Below the pieces are notes generated by a model. The model saw nothing but the letters and a program-made list of their open reading frames with translations. It searched no databases and was not told where the DNA came from. From Glycera tridactyla (Eukaryota), in the NCBI GenBank assembly GCA_965644265.1, contig OZ286475.1:71858001-71922000 (forward strand): a stretch of DNA of 64,000 nucleotides. The letters are read 5' to 3'. The position numbers and the translations under genes are program-made. This document shows, piece by piece, positions 49,086-60,157 of this stretch. Numbering within the stretch: position 1 is the first letter of the stretch; each line of letters starts with the position of its first letter.

Positions 49086-49335
49086 TGATAGAAATCGGTC
49101 TCGGTCCACTGCGGCAGTATTCAAAGTTATGTTCGTTCAGAACACCACAGTACAGGTACTCAAGGTTTACATGTATGCAGTTTGAAATCACAACGATATT
49201 AATGTCGTTATCCACATAGTTGTCAATAGGTTTAGCCTTCTATAAGGAGGTACATCCACAGGTTTGTCGGGAGCGTAATTCCGTGAGTGTGTTAGTAGTC
49301 CGCCATTCACTAATTAAAATGGTGTGTTTCTCACA

Positions 49336-52300
49336 TGTAATCCTTCCAATATGACAATGGAATCGAACCAGTCATCCGACAGGCTTGTAGGAGTATTCCC
49401 TCCTCTTCCTTAAGATGCAACTTTGGCAAGAAGCTTATATCTGATTAAATTACCATTATCAAGAACAGCAGGAAGCAATGTATAGGTTAACCGGGCTTTT
49501 ACCCCATTTATCCCAATGTCAAAATAAATGGCATTGCTCCTGTGGATCGATGTTCACAAAAATATATACGTTGTACTAAAAGATGTTAAAATGCGCGATC
49601 AGTATTACATGTTGAATCCCATTGTTTGCCAGCTCTAATGAAATCATAAATCTATAACGACATCTCATCCATCACACAGGGAACTCAATTGTTGGTTCAA
49701 AAGTATAAGATGACACATAAATAGAGTTGTAGATACATATTTTAATTTGTATAAGTTCACATAGTAGGTAGATTGTAAATGGTAGATCATAAATTGAATG
49801 AAGCAATATAAATTATCACAGTATCAAGTAGACAAAATGTCAGTTATACTCATGATGTAATGAATAAATTCATTTCAAATATTCAGATCTGAATCATATA
49901 CAAATATGACAAATATGGATGAACTCGTGTTACATAAATACCAGTGGTATACCAGAAATTTTCAACTCACGACATACTCATACACAAGATATTCATGGCC
50001 GAATGACAAAGTGAGGTACCTCTATGAGTTATACAAGTACACACTCAAACAGTCACACACTTGAGCTCAAACCCTTTTATAGTACTATCTTCTTTCTTGT
50101 TCCATCGTTGACTTGGGCGCTTGAGAAGTGGCCACTGCAGCTAGCTAGAAATATAAACAAAGTCAAAGACACGGTGTCTAGATAGTTAGTGCACTTTAGA
50201 TATTTGACTTTAAAAGTTTGGGTTAAAGACCCACGATGCAAGACCGACTTTAAAAGTTAATATAGTGGTGGCCACCTAGTTGCACATGTGATGACGAACT
50301 CTGGTTATATATCCATATCAGCTAGAGAATGATGATAGCTGATACTAGAACGCGTATCATTGATGGAAGTAGAAGTAAAGAGGAGACATCATTCCTCTCG
50401 AGTGAAGTAGCTTATCTCGTAAAGATAGCTAACAGCATCTCACCGTGTGAAGAGATTATGTCCTACACATCTCCCATGTGTATAGTGCGTTTAACACACT
50501 AAAGACTGTGCAGACGACGGCTAGGCATATCCGCCTATATTAGTAGATTCCCATAAGCCTGGGAGGCGACGTGGGAATGGAGTGGCCTGAAGAGTACGCA
50601 CCTCTTCGATTTTACGACATCTCAGACGCGCTGGTCGCTGCAAGAAGATAAAAAAAAGTCTCCTACCAACTTGTCCAAGTATCATAAAGAAAAGTTTTAA
50701 TTCAACAAGTATCTTTAAACAACTCTAAGTTTTATTTATGTTTGTTGCGTGCACTTAGTTACTTGCAGTTGCCAGATCTATTATAGTGGGAAGGCAGGAT
50801 CCCACTTTATTCCCCACTAACTAAATAGCATAAGAATTTAACTTACAAGTTACCATTGATCGAGTTACTAGAAATATTTCAACATTCAGTTGAAGAGATT
50901 GTCAAAAGACAATCAGCAAGTATCACCGTTGAAAAGAAATCTCAATGCACTTAAGCCATTATCAACAGAGCAGGCACTGAGCCAACTAAGTTAACCAATC
51001 AATGAACAAGGCACTAAAATATCATCAGCTGTATCAGAGAGAGCTAAGTTCACGGGAAATGAACTAGAAAGGTGGACACACCAAGTCCTCTCTCAGTCAG
51101 CTGGGATCATGATGCAGCAGCAATACAGCGAAAAAGTTGAAGTCCAACTGTCTGCATGAAAAGAGCAAGCACGCTTTTCAAAATCAAAAATAGTTAAGTC
51201 CTCATCAAATCAAATTCAAAAATTTGAATAAATTCTAAGTTAAGAATCCAAGATAGAGAAATCAATCTATTCAGAACAGGTGGTCTTTGTAGACAGTATT
51301 AGATAAAGTCACCACTCACCGAAGCAAGAGGCAAGATCTGAAATCAACCCAAGTTCCCCCTCCCTTACACTGTGAGTATGACCTACCTAACATAGACCGA
51401 AGCGCACTAAGTCACAGCTGCAACAGCAGCGGGGTCTAAGTTCCGATCTACCAAGTCCGTGCTAAGTTCGAATTCTAAAATTCACCAAATCCCAATTTCA
51501 ACTCAATTCAAGCCATTTGGTAATGTCTAAAGTCGAAATTAGTCATGTAATTCCAGAAATATAAGAGCGAAATGCATTTACATGCAGTCCCATATGTCAC
51601 AAACCTCAAACACAAATGTGCTTACTGGGTAAGACCATGAGTAAGTCGGGTAAGCACCGTGCTGAGTTTCAGTCAACGCGCTAAGTTCGCGCTGTCAAAT
51701 CACAAATAGCGCTAAAGCCAGCACACTGAAGTTCTACAAAAGCAATCCGCACATAACGAGAAACAGTTCCGATCAATTCTAAAGCATCTAAAGCTTTTAT
51801 CCAAAAGTGAAAAAGTTTCAAACTTGTTGAAAAGTATAAAGTGGATCGGAAGCTCAAAGTGAGGCTCATACATGTGGCGGATGGAAATCCAAAATGGCGG
51901 ATTGTTTACATCTGACCGATCAGTCAGAAACAGCTGTTCATTCCAGATCGCTCAGAAAGTATTTCGGAGCTCAAATGACAGCGCATAGCAGCTTATTCAT
52001 TACGAGAGCTAAACAATTACAAATATAGCCGTTTGAAGGTCTAAAATCAATCCAAAAGAATTTTCCTTCGAAAATACAGCCTAACGTGATGTCGCAGATC
52101 ATATAGACCAAAAATCTCAAGGTGGTCACATGTGACAGGTTGGTCTCAATACGGAGGTTCCTCTCAAAAAGTAGGTCACGGGACATAGGGACATCACCCA
52201 AGACTAAGCAAGCTTAGGACGGGTCCGTGCTTAGGATATACGGCGCTTAGGACAGAAATCAAGCTTATCAGAGTGGACCTTCTCCGAAAAAGTCTAAATT

Positions 52301-53503
52301 CAGGCCGGGCACATGAATCACAAGCAGGCACTACGTGTAAACATAACAAGCCTCGGTTTGTCGTCTCCCCTTCATGTCTATTACAAGTACGAGCACCAAA
52401 AACATTCCACCGGATCTTCAATTGACAAACACGACAGTTGTGGTCATAGAAATTGAGATACCATCAAACTAGCACATGATCGTTTATAAACAAGCTTTTT
52501 GCAAGCCGAAATAAATTCAGAATACTGAAATTGAAGCATATTTGATCGGTCGATTAATCGATTAATCGATCGGTTAACCGTCAAAGAATTCCAGATTTTC
52601 ACACCATATGAACGACGTTAGATTATTACCTTCTCAAACCAAGCAGTTTCAATGAAAATACGTTTTTCAATAAAGAATTTCACTCGGAAAAGAAAAGATT
52701 GACTGGATCTCTATTCATATGATCAGGGAAGCTAAAGAAAAACAGATCAGCTGTGTGTGCTATTTACGAAACCAGCAGCAGAGTTCACCTGAGCGGTGAC
52801 CTGGTTAGTACACATGACAGCGAGCTGCCATTGTCATACCGAGATAGGCATGTTCATTTCAACTCAGCCCACATGGACTGGTAGAGTAGCCGGGTCTAAA
52901 AACACACAGATTCAGAGAGAAAAGACACAGTCGTCTCTGCTGATATTTCAACTGAAAATGATCTTACAGAAATATTCCTTTCACAATATTATTCCTATAG
53001 GGAAATCCCGTGAATATAATTGAATTTTGAATGATTCAATCATCTAATTCACACAGAAATCCGATATATTACACAAATGATCAGAATCTGATCGGTAGGA
53101 GCTATATTGAGACGTGTTAGCAGTTCATACACACAGCTTCTCTCACCCGGAGGATTCAGTGAGTCCAAGCGTTAAATACTATATTACAAATTCCTGCATA
53201 GCCCTGTTCCACCCAAACAGGCGTACTGCACCGGGAACAATGCTGGAAGAACACGGCATAGTTCCACGCAGTTCCACTTGTTCCAAATTCACCGGAACAG
53301 CACAGGATTTCTACTGTTTTTCAACTAATAGAAGTGAAACTATCTCATGCTTCTGGAGTAGGAAGGGATAAATATAATTCTAGTAGCGTTAAACTAGTGC
53401 CGCGGGCCTCAAAAGAGGAATTCCGCGAATTCCGCTACCAGAAATCCCTATATTGTTCATGTTATTCTAACAAACGTCACATGTTCAAAAACGTGGCGTT
53501 ACA
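49336..53503 (-). repeat. 3' LTR, ~4168 bp
   Basis: On + it starts TGTAA (49336) and ends GTTACA (53503). The left edge is defined by loss of identity with 60158; the right edge is inferred from the terminal inverted repeat and from the relic at 16330, whose homology begins exactly there. Confidence 0.85.
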
Positions 53504-53773
53504 TGCTCCCGGGGGTATAAATGTTTGTGCTGCAACCAAACATTGCGAAACAGAACAAGACAAAAATATGTGTCCCACACTTATTGCCTATAACAGTAAC
53601 AAGAACAATATATGGAACACAACTCTATTCTCAAAAATAAATCTTACCATCTAAAAATTTATCTTCAAAAATAATAATATAACTAATTCAAGGTCCTTTC
53701 CCAAGCAGAGTTTTAGATCTACTGGAGACCAAGGTGGAAGGCTTATCTACAATTCCATGAGAAGCAAAGGATC

Positions 53774-56700
53774 CTAAACCTCTAAAATGGGTCCCGCTGA
53801 TCTAGTTTGTCTGTCTCCTTTCAACAGCCAGGAGATATATCCACCGTATCTATCTGGAGGTTTTCTCACCCTTTCCGGTTTTCTACGGGCGATTCCAGGT
53901 GGTGAAGTATTCACTACTTCAGTCTCTTCAGACAATGGTGAATCTGACGCAGAATGATATTCTGTGTCAGGATTCAGATCAGACTTAGTATCTTCATCAT
54001 GAGCGTCAATCTCTTCAGAATTCTCAAGAAGAGGATTTTGGGCCTCTTCAATATCAACTCCAGCTTCCACAACACTGGATTCTGATTGAGATCTAGCTGG
54101 GGTGGACTCTAAATCCTCACCTAAATGTTGGTCTACATTTGGCTGAATTTGTCCTTGTTCAGCGTGTTCAGGATGATCAAATTCAGTATGAGCTGTTGGA
54201 GACAAATCATTAGCAGATGGGGTTGTTACCACTACATATTCTTCGTCCTCAAATGAATCAGAATCACAGCTTCCAGAGCTATCTTCCAATTGACCCTTTT
54301 GTTCTGAAGCACGGGTTCGGTATCGAGATTTCTGGCCAGGTTGTATAACTGTACCAGCATCTTTACTCACCGTGTCTTCAGCAAAGAGCTGAACTATATC
54401 CTCACTTATACCCCTTTCATCTAGAACCACATGAGTTTTCAAATATTTTCTGTCAAAATCTTCAATAGATTTTAACATATCAATATGTAAAACTCTGTGA
54501 GGTTTTCTTGGTCTAGACAAATTCTTTAACTCATATACTCTGTTCTCGTTATCTACCAATCTTACGATTTCATAAACCTCGGGCAACCAGGTTGGGGCTA
54601 GCTTGTGCATCCCTTTGATACCAACGTTCTTAACAAGAACTTTGTCACCAACTTTGAGTATACACGATTTAACTTTCTCATCATATCTATACTTGTTAGA
54701 CATGTGAGAAAAGTCCTGACTCTGACTAGCAATAGTTTGAACGAATTCCAACCTAGACTTCAAAGATTCTACGTACTGTTTTAGATTATCATATTTCCTA
54801 TCCTCAGGATAAGTTCCTAACATGACATCTACTGGTAGACGACTCTTCCTTCCAAATATAAGTTCGAAAGGTGAGAACTTGGTGGAGGAGTGGATTGAGC
54901 TATTATAAATGTTGGTCAAATGCCCTAAATATTTACTCCAAGAGCAAATTTTCTGTGTGGACATTGTGCCAATCGTGTCAATCAAGGTACGATTGAATCT
55001 CTCACAAATGGCATCACTCCTAGGTGAATACGGACAAGTAAACACCTTTTTGATACCAAGTAATTGACAAAGTTGGTCAATCACTTGTGATTCAAAATTT
55101 CTGCCTCTGTCAGATAAGAGCTTTTCAGGCAAGCCAAAGATGTCAAAAACCTTCTCAACTAGAGCCTTAGCGACCGTGGTGGCGGTCTCATTCTTGGTGG
55201 GTATAGCGAAAGCATATTTGCTAAACACATCAGTTACAATCAACACATGGCCAAATCCATGTTTATCCATATCCAAGGATAGATAATCCATGGATAGGAC
55301 TTGGAAAGGTCGTTGAGCTGCAACTTCACCTAACATGCCTTGTTTAGAGGGAGAAGTCTTTTTCAATAGACACTCTTTGCAAGCAGAGATATATTCTGTG
55401 ATAGATTTAACATGTCCAGAAAGATAAAATCTTCTCTGGAAGAATTTGACTACCCTCTCTACTCCAAAATGGCCTGACTCATCATGCAGAGCATGTAAAA
55501 CTTGGGGCAAACACTTGTGGGGCAAAATAATCAAAAAATATTCAAATCCTTCGATTTCAGTTCTTTTGCACAATACCCCTTCTGAATTAAAAACTAACCT
55601 ATCTCGGAAGTAGAAAAGCTTCCTATATTTCTTTGGAAAGTCTTTAGGCTTACAAGGTCGCCGTTTGTACATGTATTGAATCACTAGATTCAAATCAGAG
55701 TCCTTGAGTTGTTCAGTTCTCCAGTCAAAAGACTTGGAGTCACTTGAGACACCAAAACTTGACGCGTCTAAATTACCTACATTTACATTTTCAATCAATG
55801 GAGTGGTTTCTGAAGACAGCTCCGAAGAGTGCTCAACCACTTGATCAGGTGTCTCTTGTAGTCTAGACAATACATCAGCGTCGACATTGACTGGTCCAGG
55901 CTTGTAATGTATGGTGAAATCATAGTCTCCAAGGGCAGCAAGCCATCTCTGAGATGTAGCATCAACCTTGAGAGATCTATGTATATACATGAGAGGGTTA
56001 TTATCAGTGTATACCTTAAATGGGTGGCCATATAAATAAAAATTAAATTTATCAACTACAGCCCACTTGAGCCCAAGAAACTCAAGTTTGTACACAGGAT
56101 AATTTTTCTCAGTATCTTTAAGAGATCTAGAAGCAAAACACACTGGATGCAACAGATTCTTGTCACCAAATTGCAACAAAACAGCCCCCAGTCCTGTGGT
56201 ACAAGCATCTACATGCAAAATAAAAGGTTTCTCTAAATCTGGGAATGCTAACACAGGGGGATGGGTGAGTAGTTCAATCAGCTTCTCACGAGCTTCTTGA
56301 CATTCCTCGTCCCAATCTTCTACCACAGAGCGCTGTAAAGCAGGCTGTTTTACAGGAGGTCCAAACTTACTTTTGGGCTTATACTTGACCCCTTTTAAAA
56401 GACGTAACAAAGGTTGAGCTATGCTGCTATAGTGAGGGATATGCCTCCTAAAAAATCCAGCAAATCCTAAGAAACTCATGACATCTTTTACTGTTCTGAT
56501 AACAGGCCAATCCTGTAAAACTTTAGTTTTTTCAGGATTGCACATCACACCTTTATCAGAGATGATATAGCCAAGATAAACTATCTCCTGGGACGCCAAG
56601 GTACACTTGCCAGGGTGTATCTTGAGACCAGCTTCACGCATAAGAGTGAGAGCTCTGGACAAAAGTTCCAGATGTTCCTCCATAGTGCGGCTAAAAATAA

Positions 56701-58300
56701 TGACATCATCAAGAAAACAAATACATCCCTCATAAAGCATTGGTCTGAGGATGTTCTCCATGCAACGTTGAAAAGTTGCAGCAGAAGTCTTAGCCCCCTG
56801 AACCATGCGATTGTATTCATACAATCCAAAAGGTGTAGAGAAAGCAGTCTTCTCTTTGTCTCTCTCCTCTATTTCGATATTATAGTACCCGGATCTTATA
56901 TCCATTTTGGTAAAAAAAGTATTACCAGCCAGGTAGGGTAAAATATCGTCAAAACGAGGGAGAGCATAACAGTCTCTCACTGTTTTATCATTGAGATGTC
57001 TCAAATCAGTTACCATCCTAACTCTCCCATCTGGTTTTTGCAAAAACATAGGAGCACTAGAATAAGGAGACACTGAAGGTCGTATGATACCTTTCTCCAG
57101 TAATTGATTTAAATGATCTTTAGCGGCAGCATACATCTTTGGAGGTAGATTTCTGTGTCTGACCTTAAATGGAATATCGTCTGACAAATTGTACCCATGT
57201 TTCACACCTTCTACTTTTCCAATATCATAGTCTGACTTAGAGAAAGTAGCTAGATTATCTTGAAGACAAGCTTCAAGACTTTCCTTCTCTAGATCAGACA
57301 AATGGGATAAACTATCTACATGGTCCCACAGAAGTTTAATATCAGGTGATATTTCTTCTTCCTCATCCTCTCCTAAAGTAGTTTTAAACTGGTTGACATC
57401 GTCAACCCCCTCAAACTCAGAAAGGTTTAGGTGAGTGGCATGCACTCTGACATCATCTGAGGCTAATTCAAAAGGTATAGTTGAAAGTGACACTACACCA
57501 AAATCATTTCCTTTACAGATAGTATAAACAGTAGAAGAAGTATTATGTACAGGCACATGAACTGTTGACAAGGAAGCTAAATTAGCATCAAGCACAACTG
57601 GAGTCTTCATCAAAAAGTCATTGTTTGGTTCAATCAAAATTGCCGCATTCATGCCTACTAATTTTGATCGAAATTTTAATTTAACAATTGATGTTTGACC
57701 TGGAAGAATGGATATATCTTGTGCCACTTTGGCACTACCCAATAATCCATTTGAATTGCTTTCAGCTTGTTGAACCTTGACGAAAGAATTATATACAACA
57801 TCTAAAACAGAACTATGTGACGGATGTTGGCAGTTATTTAAATACCAGAATTTCTCAATGGCATTCATGCCCACAAGACACATATGGTTCTGAAAAGTGT
57901 AATCAAAACCACAATTGTCTTTCAGAACTAAAAATAATACATGTGTGCCCTCATTAGTTCCGGACAATCTTATGCCCATTGTCACAAAAAGTTCAACAGC
58001 TCCAACATATTGTAGGGCTTCTCCATTAACTTGGTTCACTCTCAACAATGAAGATACAGGTTGTAACGGAACATATGAAAAAAATTTCCGATACAGTCCT
58101 TCATTTATGAGTGACACCTGACTTCCAGTGTCAATTAACGAAGAAATAACAGCTCCATTCAATAAAATATTATGAATGTTTTGCTTGCCAACTAAAAACG
58201 GTGGTAGAGTAAATAAGCTTGAAACATGTACATCAATGGGTGGACCAGCATCATCACCGGAGAAAGAATGGTCCAGTTCTTTCTCTGGGATTAGTTTCCC
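53774..58300 (-). CDS. pol: Gypsy Pol: protease, RT, RNase H, integrase, long acidic tail
   Basis: LIDTGSQVS; FLDD; LHVDAC...EFLGLKWA...TDNNPL; H-x4-H...CKEC; MDY / SDRG / ERFNRTL. The frame stays open from 58300; the track start at 58162 is TTG. Confidence 0.98.
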   Translation of the reverse strand, partial: GKLIPEKELDHSFSGDDAGPPIDVHVSSLFTLPPFLVGKQNIHNILLNGAVISSLIDTGSQVSLINEGLYRKFFSYVPLQPVSSLLRVNQVNGEALQYVGAVELFVTMGIRLSGTNEGTHVLFLVLKDNCGFDYTFQNHMCLVGMNAIEKFWYLNNCQHPSHSSVLDVVYNSFVKVQQAESNSNGLLGSAKVAQDISILPGQTSIVKLKFRSKLVGMNAAILIEPNNDFLMKTPVVLDANLASLSTVHVPVHNTSSTVYTICKGNDFGVVSLSTIPFELASDDVRVHATHLNLSEFEGVDDVNQFKTTLGEDEEEEISPDIKLLWDHVDSLSHLSDLEKESLEACLQDNLATFSKSDYDIGKVEGVKHGYNLSDDIPFKVRHRNLPPKMYAAAKDHLNQLLEKGIIRPSVSPYSSAPMFLQKPDGRVRMVTDLRHLNDKTVRDCYALPRFDDILPYLAGNTFFTKMDIRSGYYNIEIEERDKEKTAFSTPFGLYEYNRMVQGAKTSAATFQRCMENILRPMLYEGCICFLDDVIIFSRTMEEHLELLSRALTLMREAGLKIHPGKCTLASQEIVYLGYIISDKGVMCNPEKTKVLQDWPVIRTVKDVMSFLGFAGFFRRHIPHYSSIAQPLLRLLKGVKYKPKSKFGPPVKQPALQRSVVEDWDEECQEAREKLIELLTHPPVLAFPDLEKPFILHVDACTTGLGAVLLQFGDKNLLHPVCFASRSLKDTEKNYPVYKLEFLGLKWAVVDKFNFYLYGHPFKVYTDNNPLMYIHRSLKVDATSQRWLAALGDYDFTIHYKPGPVNVDADVLSRLQETPDQVVEHSSELSSETTPLIENVNVGNLDASSFGVSSDSKSFDWRTEQLKDSDLNLVIQYMYKRRPCKPKDFPKKYRKLFYFRDRLVFNSEGVLCKRTEIEGFEYFLIILPHKCLPQVLHALHDESGHFGVERVVKFFQRRFYLSGHVKSITEYISACKECLLKKTSPSKQGMLGEVAAQRPFQVLSMDYLSLDMDKHGFGHVLIVTDVFSKYAFAIPTKNETATTVAKALVEKVFDIFGLPEKLLSDRGRNFESQVIDQLCQLLGIKKVFTCPYSPRSDAICERFNRTLIDTIGTMSTQKICSWSKYLGHLTNIYNSSIHSSTKFSPFELIFGRKSRLPVDVMLGTYPEDRKYDNLKQYVESLKSRLEFVQTIASQSQDFSHMSNKYRYDEKVKSCILKVGDKVLVKNVGIKGMHKLAPTWLPEVYEIVRLVDNENRVYELKNLSRPRKPHRVLHIDMLKSIEDFDRKYLKTHVVLDERGISEDIVQLFAEDTVSKDAGTVIQPGQKSRYRTRASEQKGQLEDSSGSCDSDSFEDEEYVVVTTPSANDLSPTAHTEFDHPEHAEQGQIQPNVDQHLGEDLESTPARSQSESSVVEAGVDIEEAQNPLLENSEEIDAHDEDTKSDLNPDTEYHSASDSPLSEETEVVNTSPPGIARRKPERVRKPPDRYGGYISWLLKGDRQTRSAGPILEV

Positions 58301-59694
58301 TGCTGATTCTGAGAGGCTAAATAAGCTGCTCGTTGTTGACGCATGCGAGAAAGCATCTTGCTTTCATCCCAATCTATATAACAAGTCTTCGCTACATGGC
58401 CTTTCTCCCCACAATTATAACAGATAGCTTTCTCTAACCATTTAGGTTTCCACTTGGGTTTCACACCATCGTGTGGAAACAGAGGTTTCTCAGTGGCAGC
58501 ACTAGCTGCAGCTACGACTGGAGTTTTGCCAGATAGTTGTAAACTCTTCGGTTTCTGAACTACTTGGTCTATCTGACCGGACAATTTCTTAGAAGCAGAT
58601 CTAATGTCATGCAAAATGTCACTATGTATAGGAGTGGATTTGATGGAAGGGTCGGAAATGGCTAAAGCAGCTAAACTAGTTTCTTCCTCAACAGAATTAA
58701 CATGATCTAAAAAAGATAGGTTAATTGAAGAAACAGAAGCTGTCTTCTTATTTCTCATACACCTCCTCTTGCGCTCCTTACTTTCCCTCTCAAAAGCTTG
58801 CAACTGAGTACTAAATTCTTGGTACCCAGGATATTTGTCAAGGTCTTTGAGTTTGAACTCAGAAGTGATCATAAAGTGATCAGTAGATTGCAAACCTCTA
58901 AGAAAATAATGGATTAGAGACTGGTTCACATCAGCAAAATATTTTGGATCTACTCTCACCATTTCTGAAATAACGTCGTCTATTCTAGACAAGAAATCAG
59001 ATGGAGATTCAGTGACTTCCTGAATACAGTCCATCAGTCTATCGACTAGATGGGAAATACTGTCTGAAGCACCATACGTGATCGCTATCTTATTTACCAA
59101 GGCAGCACTGGTCTCTATTGCCCTAGCAGCTCTCAAAGCTTTCCCTGTTAAACTGAGGCGCAAAGTCTTCAGTTTCTCCTTCTCGGATATATCAGAGTCA
59201 TTCATCACATGCTCATTGGCCAACAATAGCCATTCTTCTACCGAACATTCCCCAGAGCCAGGTTTGTCCCTACCCGAGAACTTCTTCAAACCGCGATAGT
59301 GAGCAGTAGCTTCAGGTTTGGGTGATCGTGGTGTAGTGGGTGCAGGCGGTGTCTGAACAATAGTAGTGGAAATGATTGCATCCTTTCGAAGCTGTTCGAC
59401 GAAAGAGACATGATACGCGTCATTACCTAGAACGATACAATCATTATCGTCTAATACGTCGCAATTCTTTTCGAAGGCTACATGATCTCGCGAGTGGATC
59501 AACAGACAATTGCAAGGTTCAGCAACAGTGTCATAGATAAGAAATAGATCAAAATCTACGAATATTGTCCCTACCAACTTGGCGGTAGCAGCTTTCCAAT
59601 CTGGATCAGCAGCTACAGGCACAGGGTACCTTTTAATCACCATGCAATAATAGGGGGGAATATTCAACCTTTTGCAAGCCACGTCAGGATCCAT
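58291..59694 (-). CDS. gag: Gypsy Gag, PNMA-like capsid with CCHC knuckle, 467 aa
   Basis: YRGLKKFSG...EEWL (PNMA-type capsid start) and CYNCGEKGHVAKTC. Confidence 0.95.
   Translation of the reverse strand: MDPDVACKRLNIPPYYCMVIKRYPVPVAADPDWKAATAKLVGTIFVDFDLFLIYDTVAEPCNCLLIHSRDHVAFEKNCDVLDDNDCIVLGNDAYHVSFVEQLRKDAIISTTIVQTPPAPTTPRSPKPEATAHYRGLKKFSGRDKPGSGECSVEEWLLLANEHVMNDSDISEKEKLKTLRLSLTGKALRAARAIETSAALVNKIAITYGASDSISHLVDRLMDCIQEVTESPSDFLSRIDDVISEMVRVDPKYFADVNQSLIHYFLRGLQSTDHFMITSEFKLKDLDKYPGYQEFSTQLQAFERESKERKRRCMRNKKTASVSSINLSFLDHVNSVEEETSLAALAISDPSIKSTPIHSDILHDIRSASKKLSGQIDQVVQKPKSLQLSGKTPVVAAASAATEKPLFPHDGVKPKWKPKWLEKAICYNCGEKGHVAKTCYIDWDESKMLSRMRQQRAAYLASQNQQGN
58294..58300 (-). promoter_or_regulatory. 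-1 ribosomal frameshift heptamer G GGA AAC
   Basis: gag ends CAG GGA AAC TAA; a -1 shift gives an uninterrupted 46 codons into the pol ORF (58300-58162 = 138). Confidence 0.85.
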
Positions 59695-60137
59695 GTTGAC
59701 GTTGCAAGATATATGGCACTACCCTGAATAGAGAATATAAATTCGCAAAAAGAAAAGGGTATTAATTCAGTGTAAAGTAAAATGATTAATACATATGCAA
59801 CACTCAGGCTAAATTCCGTATCTGAAACAAAGTTTGGATTAATCTGGTATAAACCAGTGGCACCAAATCGCACTATTAATACAGAATAAGTTGACACATA
59901 CCAATTCAGCCAGTCCAGTATAGCATACAAGTCATCACTACTCAAATCCAGATAAAGATATAATGCATATAGAAGATGTAAATGAATGGATTAATACATG
60001 TCTGTAAACAAAACATGCATCTACAAGTCATACAATTGTACCACAAATAAGACCACTGTATGATATAGTGAGATGAAATTTGATCAATTAAATTTCAAAA
60101 ACATCATGGCTGGGCAAATCAGACATCAACAAATCTG

Positions 60138-60155
60138 ATCCCGGACGAGCCCCCA
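60138..60155 (-). promoter_or_regulatory. Primer-binding site for tRNA-Pro
   Basis: TGGGGGCTCGTCCGGGAT, 2 nt from the LTR end, complementary to the eukaryotic tRNA-Pro 3' end ATCCCGGACGAGCCCCCA. Confidence 0.92.
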
Positions 60156-60157
60156 TG

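Larger units (their letters stand above)
39868..49335 (-). mobile_element. CR1/L2-group LINE, ~9.5 kb, with ORF1, a separate SGNH esterase ORF and ORF2
   Basis: All ORFs are co-oriented on -; ORF2 is followed by a ~570 bp 3' UTR ending AATAAAGAATT(ATCA)n at 39868-39895. The 5' end is approximate and abuts the Gypsy LTR; no TSD found. That the ORFs form one element is inference. Confidence 0.75.

Noticed and set aside
49200-49335. Target-site duplication for the young LINE
   Set aside because: ggaggtacatccac only loosely resembles the 3' flank ggaattatatcctac; not accepted. The true 5' end may lie beyond the Gypsy insertion.
59664-59945. 93-aa hydrophobic ORF in the Gypsy leader as an env-like or membrane protein
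   Set aside because: Starts at TTG in T-rich leader DNA, wrong position for env, no motif.
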